A stretch of DNA of 64,000 bases from a virus (Duplodnaviria > Caudoviricetes). Shown here in pieces: positions 28,151 to 37,640 of the stretch (the first letter of the stretch is position 1; every line of letters begins with the position of its first letter). Under the pieces are notes generated by a model. It made no database searches and was not told the origin of the DNA. It worked only from the letters and a program-made list of their open reading frames with translations. The position numbers and the translations under genes are program-made. Location of the stretch: positions 1 to 64,000 of the IMG/VR virus record IMGVR_UViG_3300001525_000609; one strand, 5' to 3'.

Positions 28151-28499
28151 AGTTCATTCTCCTTGCAACCTATATCAGTTGCAAAAACAAGTATGTTATT
28201 GGCGTATATTATACTTTCGTAAGATAGTGTATAATAATACTACAAAGTAATACAGAATATGAAAACTCCTCGTATTAAGAGGGGGAAGAGGTTTCACTCG
28301 GGGAACAGCAGATCTATGCGTGCGGACACGACATCCATCGCGTCGGACAAGCCGTCTGCGGTCGAGCTCCCCTTGATTATCGCATCCTCCATGCGCTCTG
28401 CAAGCTCCTCATAAAGAGATTCCAAGAGCACACGGATGTTGTCTGAGCAGTCCATGGTATCTCAATGTCAATCTGTCTTTGTTTGACTTTCGTTGTCTT

Positions 28500-29216
28500 T
28501 CACAGGTTGCCTGCGCCCTCGTATGCGTCGCGCAGCTCTTTGAGCGTCGGCTCCTTGCCGCACGTCTTCTTCTCCGGGCAATAGCCCAGGGCCCCGCACT
28601 GCGGGCCGAAGAGCTTGTCCAGCGTGTAGATGCCGTAGTGATGGAGCGCCATCTTGACGAGCTTGCTCATGCAGACCGCGACGCCTCCGATCTCCCCCTG
28701 CGCCCTGTTGCACAGCCTGAGCTGGCAGATATGGGCGCATTCGCGGAGGTTCATGCTGACGACCATGTTGGTGCAGCATGCGTTGGGCAGGACGGCCCGG
28801 GCATCCTCCATGGGAATGTCTTGCAGCTTCGTCATCGCCTCATACAGCTCTGAGGTCTGCGACATGTAGGTGTCGAAGACCTCCTCCATGCCCCCTTCGT
28901 CCGCCCACCTTATCGACTCGGGCGTGGCATAGGCGAAGCCGTCCATGCTCACGTAACGCTGGCTCTGCTGGCTGACCGTTATCAGGCGATGCCTGACGAG
29001 CTGGTGCGAGCATACCCTGGAGATGCCCTCGATGCTGAAAGCGACGTGGATATGCTCCAGTATGGAGAGATGCCCGGACAGACACGCCGCTTCCAGCGCC
29101 CTTGTCGAGTCGTTCATCTCGGGCATCTCGGCGGACGTGCAGCACCTCGCCGCCAGGTCCGCCGCATAGGGTGGGCTCATGTAGAGCATCTTGACGACCA
29201 TGCCTCTGCCGCCCAT
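28500..29216 (-). CDS. thyX: Flavin-dependent thymidylate synthase
   Basis: GHLSILEH, ISRVCSHQLVRHR...SQQSQRY (RHRX7S motif), EDARAVLPN, RLCNRAQGEI. Confidence 0.95.
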   Translation of the reverse strand: MGGRGMVVKMLYMSPPYAADLAARCCTSAEMPEMNDSTRALEAACLSGHLSILEHIHVAFSIEGISRVCSHQLVRHRLITVSQQSQRYVSMDGFAYATPESIRWADEGGMEEVFDTYMSQTSELYEAMTKLQDIPMEDARAVLPNACCTNMVVSMNLRECAHICQLRLCNRAQGEIGGVAVCMSKLVKMALHHYGIYTLDKLFGPQCGALGYCPEKKTCGKEPTLKELRDAYEGAGNL

Positions 29217-29405
29217 CTTACCACTTCCTTATCAGGCCGCTATCGCAACCGAAGAACTGGCAGAACTCTTCATACGCAGTCTCCCAAGAATGCCAGGTGT
29301 AATCGCTCACACGGCTGTCTTCGGGGTCATGCCAAGGGTCATCCCAGCCGGCACACCATTTGTTCTCCATATATGGGTTCGGGAATAAGAGATCGAGCAG
29401 GCGGC

Positions 29406-29795
29406 TCATTCTTCCACCTCCACCCACATGCCCTCTATCTCCCCAGCATACAAGGGAGGCTCCACCCACACGCTGTCCTCGTATGAGTACACGAGCCCAT
29501 ACTCGGCATCTATCCTGTATATGTCCTTGGACCCGACAGGGCTCATGACCTTGCCCTTGGCCATCATGCCGATGGCCTGGCAGAACGTGTGCTTCTCTGC
29601 AGGCGTGCTTGCCATAGCCTCCTCGTCCCATATCAGCTCGTGAGTGGTGTCGCCGCCGAGCCAGTCGCCGAAGTCGCTGCCCATGACCTGCATGGCGCCG
29701 CCTTCGAGCCTGTATCCGACGTCGTCCTGCCAGACCTCCTTCCCTGCGAGCAGAGCCTCCATCTTCTCTTTCGCTGTGTTCGCTTCCGTTATCAT
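29406..29795 (-). CDS. Two-repeat protein, distant DUF2829-like
   Basis: MEALLAGKEV... and FCQAIGMMAKGKVM...GMW repeats. Confidence 0.4.
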   Translation of the reverse strand: MITEANTAKEKMEALLAGKEVWQDDVGYRLEGGAMQVMGSDFGDWLGGDTTHELIWDEEAMASTPAEKHTFCQAIGMMAKGKVMSPVGSKDIYRIDAEYGLVYSYEDSVWVEPPLYAGEIEGMWVEVEE

Positions 29796-30163
29796 TCTAA
29801 TTCCTCCTCCTCTTCAGTCGCTTTAAATCCCTAACATTTCAGCTCTTGTTTATATCTGCGTCTTGCTTCCTTCTGGCATATATCTCTACATTCGGGACAA
29901 ACGAGCCAATCCATATATGCAGGGCCGAGCTTTACGAATCTGTCTCTGGCATCAGGCCTGAGCATAGTGCGCCACCCTAGTCCAGCAAGACCCTTTACGT
30001 CTGATCTCACATGAATGGAAGACTCGTCACGAGTCGCATCGTCGAATACCCGAGGCATATCGGACGATACGACCGTCAGAGTCATGGCCTGTTCTTTACC
30101 GCACCTGTCACAGACGACGTGACAGGAAATAGTGTTCTCTTCTCCATCGAATCTTAGTGTCAT
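29792..30163 (-). CDS. C4 zinc-finger protein with probable TAG readthrough at 29831-29833
   Basis: CDRC...CPEC. Reading through TAG adds GFKATEEEEELE and ends at TGA 29794-29792, overlapping the next ATG at 29795. Confidence 0.6.
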
Positions 30164-30645
30164 TCATTATCCCCTGCCCCGTCTGTATCATCCTTCGGCA
30201 GCATCCCGTTCTCCTCTGCAAGCTTCTTGATCTCCTCCAAGAACAGGCGGTTGTACTCCGCCCAATCCGGTATATCCGAATCCGCCATGACAGGCACGCG
30301 CCCTGTTCTCTCCATCAATATGCATATGCACCGCGAGCATATGGCGCATTTGGAACCATTGTCCAGGGGAATCCCTGCATCAGGCATCGTCTTTGCACCG
30401 CAGGTTATGCACTTGGGGCAATCTTTCGGATCGAATGTGTCTTTCATCTTTCAGCCTCCTTCATCCTCAATCTTTCATATATGAATATTCGAGGTCGTCG
30501 GGCGCCTTGCATCCCAGCTCCTCTTCAAGCTCCTTTATCTTCCTCTCTGCATCAGGAGGACATGTGAACATGCCCACCATCCCTTCTCCTTTGCAGTTGA
30601 ATCTGGGGTCTGCCTTGCTGCGGAGCCACCAGCAGCCTTTCGCCA

Positions 30646-30857
30646 TCATATCGTCTTCCACCTGCGCATCCTTTCGGAAGGGTCCACCATCTTCACCCTT
30701 CCGTTGTTCGATAGTTTCATGACACAGCCTTTCACTCTGTTGCAAGAGAGGCCCGTTTCATTGCTGATCTCGGCCACGGATATGCCGTCTCCATGCATTT
30801 TCATGCACTCGTACACAGTCACACAATCGCCTTTCGTGAAAGTATACTGCCCGCTCA
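30646..30857 (-). CDS. Small winged-HTH protein
   Basis: GISVAEISNETGLSCNRVKGCVMKL; start approximate. Confidence 0.6.
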
Positions 30858-31479
30858 CATCCTCCACCCCACAGGAGCCTTCAGGCATCTCTCAGCCTCC
30901 GATTTCTGCGCTTCGCTCATGTAGTCGGGGAACATGTTGTAGATAAGGAGCAGGATGTGCTCGATATCATGCAGGCGCTTGGTCTCCATGAGCCTGAACA
31001 CTTCATAGAACCCTTCCGAATGCTCGCACTTGTCATTAGCCTGAGCTTCATCCAAGTCCTCTATGTCCTCAAGCCTTGTATTCTTGATCTCAACCAGCAT
31101 ATCCCATATGCCGTCGATCGCTTCCTTGGTCTCATTGTTCATCCTTATTCCTCCTGACTGCCCAGATCTGCTTCTCCTTCCCCGTATCTATCTCAGAGAC
31201 ACATCTTGCAAGAGCATCTTGACACGTCTTCAGGCTGGCCATCGCCGAGTCATCCATCTTCCTGATCTCGGCATTGCGTCGGTCCTGATTGTCTATCTCG
31301 TCAGCCAGCACCTTGTCCAGATTATCCAGCGCGATGCGCGCCATCTTCACGGCCCTCTGCGCTTGCCTGTATTGATGATAAGCACAGTCGCACTTCGCCT
31401 GATTCGCATACTTTTCAAGGGCCATGGCATACGAATCTGCCAGGACCATATTCTTAGCAGTGTCATTATCGCTCACTCT

Positions 31480-32052
31480 TCATTCCTCCTTCTTGCTGTC
31501 TCTGTACTCCTGCACGAAGTCACGCACCAGCACGCATTCTGCGCAGACCCGGAAGCTCCCTCCGTCGAACACGAACCTGTCTTTCTGCTTGTCTGTCATA
31601 GCGTTCCACTCCGTCTCCATGAAGTCCAGCGCATCGCCTATGCCTTCTGCCATGAAGGTGAGCTGGCTCGGAGGCGGGCATCCCAGCAGATGTGCAGGGG
31701 TGTCCGTGATGTCGGAGATGTCGGGCATGTCGACGAAACGGGTCTCCACACAGCTGTAACGGGCCTGGTGGATGTTCATCCCCTCATCCATCTTCCTCTG
31801 GATGTCGTCATAGGCATAGTCCTTGACCAGCCTGCTCCCGTCCATGAGGAAGAATATCGGGTATGCGCCCTGGAAGCACTTGTACTCGTCCCAGCTCATT
31901 CTGTCGTCCATGAGCCCTGCCACGTCGGCATCGTCGTACATCTTCTGCGCGATCTCAATCGCTTCCTCGTCGGAGCCTGCATCGATGGGCCGCTCCATTG
32001 CACTCCACGCGGGTGCTCCGCACTTGTTCTTTATCACTCTGTATCCTTTCAT
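31480..32052 (-). CDS. Hypothetical protein with a W..M...K..F repeat domain
   Basis: WNAMTDKQKDRF...SFRVC; see findings. Confidence 0.55.
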   Translation of the reverse strand: MKGYRVIKNKCGAPAWSAMERPIDAGSDEEAIEIAQKMYDDADVAGLMDDRMSWDEYKCFQGAYPIFFLMDGSRLVKDYAYDDIQRKMDEGMNIHQARYSCVETRFVDMPDISDITDTPAHLLGCPPPSQLTFMAEGIGDALDFMETEWNAMTDKQKDRFVFDGGSFRVCAECVLVRDFVQEYRDSKKEE

Positions 32053-32411
32053 CTTTCACTCCTCCTCGTCTTCATCTTCTTCATCATCCAGGTCGAACGG
32101 TATGTCGTGGAAAGGCACATACCCCAGGCCTGTGTTGATGCACTTCCCGTCGCCGAACGTCACCGCAGGCTCGCCCTTGCGGTAGTCGAACACGTTGAAC
32201 TGCGTCTTGTAGTACTCCTCCATGGCGTCCAGCTTGCGCAGGGCCTCGTCCTGCCGTGCCTTGAACGGCGCCATGCCCATGGCCTCCCTGACCTTGTCTA
32301 TGGGATAGCCGTATAAGTTGAGCTCTGACCCGTAAGGCGGGACGTAGTCGGGAGCTATGGGCTCGCCCGGCTTCCTCTCGGCCATGCGCTTGGCTATCCA
32401 ATCCTCGGCTC

Positions 32412-33287
32412 TCATTCCTCTTCATCTCCATTATCATCCGTCTCGCAATCCAGATCCGTCTCGCCCGAAACTTCGTTCAGAATATCTGCAACGACTGCGC
32501 CATCTCTCGTATCGTATACGCAGAACGCGCAATCGTCAGCCTTGTAATTGTCCTTGTTGAACGGGTCCATCTTCTCCCAGAGCCATCTAGCGAACCCTAT
32601 GCTGTCCTCGGCATCGTTGCCCAGCCTGAGAGGTTGCGCATGGAGCTGATCGGCCATGTACGGGTTGGCGACGAGCATGAACCTCACTCCGTCGAACACG
32701 TCCAGGATGCGCCTGTGGTCGGCCGCCAGCGATTCGAGCAGGTCATAGAGCTTCTCCCTGCCCTCCCTGTGTATGCGCACCTGCATCGCTTCGATGCTCG
32801 ACAGCGTCTTCCTCAGGTGCTCTTCAAGCAGCGCCTTCGCATCGCCTTCTTCATATACGCCCTGCTCGATGCCGTGGGCTTCGGTCAGCATATCGAATGC
32901 GACCTCATCCTTCAGGACATCGTATAGGCCGAACACGCCTGAATCTGAGCGCATGCATCTTTCCTTGTACTCGTCGCTCTGATCGGCCCATGCCTCTCTC
33001 GTGAACATGATGCTCTCGTCCAAGGGCGCATGAGTGGCGATCATCGACACGTCGGCAGGACATGGGGCAAGAGGCGGGTATGCCACAAGGACATACCTCC
33101 TGTCGGAGCACATGCTGTATGTCGTGCGAACGCGCAGGAGGAGCTTCCTGAAGTCCCTCTGCATAGGCGTGCCTATGGCGTAATGGGCGTACAGGTTGTC
33201 CGCGATAGTGGCCATGCACGCCGCGAGATGCTCTATCCTCTCACGCTCCTGAACGTCGATGTTCCTTGTTGATGCCGTATGCTTCAT
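32412..33287 (-). CDS. Hypothetical protein with two copies of the same domain
   Basis: WADQSDEYKERC...FGLYD and WEKMDPFNKDNY...FCVYD. Confidence 0.55.
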   Translation of the reverse strand: MKHTASTRNIDVQERERIEHLAACMATIADNLYAHYAIGTPMQRDFRKLLLRVRTTYSMCSDRRYVLVAYPPLAPCPADVSMIATHAPLDESIMFTREAWADQSDEYKERCMRSDSGVFGLYDVLKDEVAFDMLTEAHGIEQGVYEEGDAKALLEEHLRKTLSSIEAMQVRIHREGREKLYDLLESLAADHRRILDVFDGVRFMLVANPYMADQLHAQPLRLGNDAEDSIGFARWLWEKMDPFNKDNYKADDCAFCVYDTRDGAVVADILNEVSGETDLDCETDDNGDEEE

Positions 33288-33769
33288 CGCTCTGCCTCCT
33301 TCTGTTTGCTAAGATCGTCCCAATGTCCCTCCATGATGTCTTCGCGCTTTAAGCTCTTCATGATGACCTGCGTCGAGGACGGTATGCCCGGCACCCGGCG
33401 GATTATTACGAGCTTGCAGCCTGTGCCGTAAGCAGTCAGGCGCTTCGCCCTCTCCATGACGTCGAACTCGTTCGTGCATACAAGCGTGTCTGTCTTGTCC
33501 ACAGCGGGAAGCGGGTCGGGCATGGGGTCGACGCGGAACTGGTCGTCGTCCAGCCCGCAGCGCTTCAAGAACCTGCGGACGTCTCCCGCACGCCAGTCAT
33601 ACGGGCGGACGGGGACTGCCTTGCACGCGGTCTCCTTAGACTGGTCGCGCGTGACGTAGACCTGGAGGTGCCTGAAGCCCTCCATCTGGTCTATCGCCGC
33701 TTTCAAGAGCTTCTCGTGCCCTTTCGTCAGGACGTTGAACGTCCCCGCTGCATACACTGTGAATGTCAT
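33284..33769 (-). CDS. HIGH-superfamily nucleotidyltransferase, similar to archaeal phosphopantetheine adenylyltransferase
   Basis: AAGTFNVLTKGHEKLL (T/HxGH motif), C-terminal IPSSTQV; ATGA-coupled to its neighbours. Confidence 0.7.
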   Translation of the reverse strand: MTFTVYAAGTFNVLTKGHEKLLKAAIDQMEGFRHLQVYVTRDQSKETACKAVPVRPYDWRAGDVRRFLKRCGLDDDQFRVDPMPDPLPAVDKTDTLVCTNEFDVMERAKRLTAYGTGCKLVIIRRVPGIPSSTQVIMKSLKREDIMEGHWDDLSKQKEAER

Positions 33770-34143
33770 GCCATCACCGTTGTGATGATCGCCATCTCGA
33801 CGATCTGCGCCATGTGGATGCTCTGGTCCGCTATGAGCCCTATCCTGAAGCTGTTGCACTTGAGGTGGTCGATGCCCGCATGGACGAGGCCGTTGGCGGC
33901 GACCATGATGAAGAACCACCAGCCCACGTCCAAGCCTGTGGCCGCCAGCAGCGGGAGCGAGACCAGGACAGACCATTCCATGCCGTGCAGGAGGATGACA
34001 GGGATATAGTCGTCCTTGTACCTGGAGGGAGCATTGGACTTCCACCATGACCTCTGCTTCATGTCCGCCATCCTGCCCTGGAGGTGGAAGTCCTCGATGA
34101 CGTGCATGGCGAGCATGAGCAGGAATATGAGAGGCCAGCTCAT
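33766..34143 (-). CDS. DUF3307-like membrane protein
   Basis: HVIEDFHLQ...LHG...HAGIDHLK...DQSIH conserved His/Asp pattern. Confidence 0.75.
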   Translation of the reverse strand: MSWPLIFLLMLAMHVIEDFHLQGRMADMKQRSWWKSNAPSRYKDDYIPVILLHGMEWSVLVSLPLLAATGLDVGWWFFIMVAANGLVHAGIDHLKCNSFRIGLIADQSIHMAQIVEMAIITTVMA

Positions 34144-34809
34144 CCAGTCTCCTCCTTCGCGCAGCCGGGGCAGAATGCGAACCATGCATCCCGACGGAAC
34201 TTGCCGAATGTCGGGTGCATATCTATCTTCCACCCATCATCTGCGGCGGAGCTCGCAGAAGGGTCGAGCGGCAGCAACGCCTTACGTCTGTACGTGAACT
34301 CTATCCAGTTGAGTGTGCAACCGCCCTGGCTGTAAGGTATCGTGGTCTCAACTTTCTTGCCGCACTTGTCGCATGTCAATGTGGCGGGAATGTTCAGGAC
34401 GATGGTCATCCCTTCGCCTCCCATGCGCACAAAAATTCTTGCAACCCCTCGATGATGCGACTAAGGTTGCGCTTATCCACGATGACGGCCGCCTGTCTCA
34501 TGTTGTCATCTTCCAGGGCAAGGAAGGCATAATCTGCGGGGCGGACTAAAGCAGGGCGGATCCTCAATATCCCCGTCGAGGTGAAGCCGATATGTTCTGT
34601 GCACAGATGGATGACTTTGCCCGCCTCATTGCCCGAACATCCCCCCTCGGCTCTTTCCCCCTTGTCGAACGAGCTGCCATGCCTAGCGGGGTCGTGATAC
34701 TGGAGGATCCTCGTCTTGTTGAACTCTTCTCTATGAGCATTCACATGCTCTTCGCATATGCGCAATATCCGTGCGTCTTCCTGTTCTTTAGTCAATCTTT
34801 CCGATGCCA

Positions 34810-35253
34810 TCATCTCCTCTCCTAACGGATCAGACTCCTTTTCAATCTCAGATCCCTCAGCTCGCCTTCCATCACATCGATACGATGGTCCAGTTCGCAC
34901 CCGTCATCGGCATCGCGTATCATCTTCTCGATGGTCGCGATCCTCGCGTTGCATACAGGGCACTGGTAGCCCCATCTGCGTATACGCCAGCCTTCGTCAT
35001 CGACGATCCTCTTCTCGAACACTTCGGACAGGTCGTTCCACCCGCGCGCATCGGCATTCATGTCGAGGCTGACAGCCAGCTCCCCTCTGCACTCCGAGCA
35101 GGTTATGGTGAACTCCACAGACGCCCTGCACTTGCCGGGGTCGTGCAGCATGCACATCTCCTCGTTCCACCTGGCCATCTTGAACCTCTCGTTATCGTTG
35201 ATGAGCCTCCTCGCCAGCTCCTTCACTTCATCATCTTCAGTCATCTGCATCAT
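34810..35253 (-). CDS. Zinc-finger protein with probable TAG readthrough at 34822-34824
   Basis: CSEC...CPVC. Readthrough adds ERR and ends at TGA 34812-34810, overlapping ATG 34813. Confidence 0.55.
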
Positions 35254-35804
35254 TCTCCTTCTCCTCCGAGACGATCATCTTCACAGACGTCAACGGCACA
35301 GCGACCTTGCGGCCATTTGCGTCCCTGAGATCTCCCATGATGTCGAGGCTCTTGCCATAATAGAGCCTTTGCCTGATGACAGAGTCCATGTCGTGCCCTT
35401 CGCCTCTCAGCACCTCGCCATCGGCGAGCACCACCTTGACGCGGTATCTCGCCCTGTTCTCAGCATCGATGACGTTCGCAGACTTGGCAGCATCGATCAG
35501 CTCGGTCAGCTGGTGTTGGGCATTCGCAGCCAGCCTTTTGCATGCTATCTCTCCTTCGGACGATATCGCTTCGTCCAATTTCGAACAGACGTTTTCCATC
35601 TCCCATATCAAATGCTCAGATATCATTCTCCTTCCTCCTTCTTAAGCACGGCCGCCTTGCCCGGATTGGCCATGGCGCCGAGCACCATCCTTATGAGCGT
35701 GTCCGCAGGGCCCAGGTCCACCACATACGTGTTCGGGACAGGCCCTTTCTTCACATTGTCCGCAGGCAGGCGGATGTAGATATGATCTTTTTCTTCAGCC
35801 ATGT

Positions 35805-35876
35805 TCACACCTCCATGCCGATGCCGGAGAACAGCTCTGTCACGCGGTACGGCTTCTGTGCATCAATCGTCATCAT
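35805..35876 (-). pseudogene. 23-codon stub of a C5-cytosine methyltransferase
   Basis: MMTIDAQKPYRVTELFSGIGMEV-stop: intact motif I followed immediately by TGA overlapping the next GTG start. Confidence 0.55.
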
Positions 35877-36214
35877 ACCTTCCCAGCCACGCATCACGGT
35901 AGCATACGCCGTGCTCTTTGCAGTACTGCTCTAGGACCTCCTCGATCGCGACGATGAGGGAGTTCGTGATGCCTGCGTCCATGAGCTGATAGACGGCTTC
36001 GTGGCACATCGCAGCTTCGATGATGACTTTCCTCTGCACGTCGGTGAGCGTCTCGTCATCGGACTGCTCATAGCACAGGTCGAGTGTCTTGTCGGTTTCC
36101 ATGTCATTCCTCTTTTTAAGCTTAATGAACTCTTGTAGAGTTCTTGTATTACAATATAATACACATCTGATATATAGGTTTCGATGATGACCACTGATGC
36201 GACGGGATAGGGGA

Positions 36215-36311
36215 GGTTTGAACATGTTTTAAACATGTTCAAACCGTGATTCGAGCACGCTCGGATCATATACGGGGGAGGGGTATGTGGGGATTTTAAA
36301 CATGTTTAAAA
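36215..36311. promoter_or_regulatory. Operator-like palindromes built on AACATGTT
   Basis: GGTTTGAACATGTTT-T-AAACATGTTCAAACC (36215-36245, 15-bp arms) and TTTTAAACATGTTTAAAA (36294-36311), upstream of the leftward gene cluster. Confidence 0.65.
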
Positions 36312-36667
36312 AAATATATCCGAATAGTTGAACGATTGCTCAAGTGTTGTCGGGGCGGTCTCTTAATCTTAGACAGAAGTGGTAATGTTGGTCGGTATAG
36401 GAAAAATAGAGTGCCCCTGTCCGTCCCGAGGACGGTTTTCAACACGTCTAATGTAACAAAAGCGGCATTACACGACCATTACAATGGATGTATCTTCCAA
36501 TACTGTTTATGCCCGAAATAATCCATGATATCAGTATACTGGTCACGATTTTTGTGTTTTAGGCTCTCCGAAACCAATAGAGCGCGATCGTACCCTCTTG
36601 CCCTAAATCGCCATTACGAAATTCGTAGAAAACTCTACGAAACCTCGCAAACAGTATTTAAAGAGCC

Positions 36668-36925
36668 TTACAAAATTACATTACCCTTACATATCCGATG
36701 TAATGCATATTTTTGTACAACTATTTATAGGGTTTAAATAGTCCCTATTTAAACCCATAGTATCTATTTCTAAGAATTACAGGAATTACATCATTTAAAA
36801 AGATTAGAAAAAAATAATGAAAAATAGAGGGATCGTGAGAAAACTCCCTCTTATACGCGCGTACACGCGCATGCGCGCACGCGCCTTCTAGTCTTTCCGA
36901 CGAAAATATGTAATTTTGTAATTTA
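36668..36925. repeat. AT-rich iteron element, copy 1
   Basis: Homologous to 54335-54560. Contains TTACAT-N5-ATGTAA, tandem AATTACA boxes, inverted TGTAATT boxes and a 12-bp hairpin at 36730-36756. Confidence 0.75.
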
Positions 36926-37591
36926 TACAACCTCGTTGTATATTTTTTTATAAGTCTTTCGCAATTGCTTATAAACTCAAACCTCGAATTAACCCCTGTT
37001 TAGCCTTACATTGAAATGTAACGCAATGTAATGCTGTCATTTTCGGCCCCTCTGTTCTCCGCCTCCGCCCGTGCTCGTGAAAATCCCCGATTTTGCCCTA
37101 CATTTCTTAGACCTCTGCTGCTTGCGTCTGTCCTCGTCGCCGCGAGTGCCGAACATCACGATCCCGGGATCGGACAGGGGGCGGCGACGGCACGCGACGG
37201 CACCTGCGACGCTCTTTTCCGTCATCGCTCCCTTTCTTGTTCACATGCGTGCATGTACGCAACCGCACGCTCCTGTGCCCATACTTGCGTAAGCTCGCGC
37301 ATGCGCACGTGCCCGAGCGCAGAGCGCACGAGGAACAGGCGGCTGCGTCGCAGCCGCTCCCCTGATAACGATTCCCCCAAAGGCGCACCGATCGGTGCGT
37401 CGCAGGGCGCAGGTGTGCACGCACGCGCATGTGCGTAGCCCTGTGTTCGCTTGAAATCTCCGCAGACCCATCTCCTTTCGCGTATAATGGACTTCACGCC
37501 TTGAAAGGTGTCCAAGGTCGTCTAAACAATCTTCGTGGCTTTTATGCCCCTTTCTGTGCGTCTTATCAAAGAACCTCTCGATAAGGCCGTC

Positions 37592-37611
37592 CGCCCCGCC
37601 GAAGCGGGGCG
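37592..37611 (-). terminator. cUUCGg tetraloop hairpin downstream of a leftward gene
   Basis: Minus strand reads CGCCCCGC-TTCG-GCGGGGCG. Confidence 0.6.
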
Positions 37612-37640
37612 TAATTGGTTTGATGGCTCCGATCCCGGGA

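Noticed and set aside
37031-37515. Overlapping ORFs on both strands around 37.0-37.5 kb
   Set aside because: The translations are dominated by alternating purine-pyrimidine tracts (CARA/HARA-type peptides), so the region is more likely non-coding.
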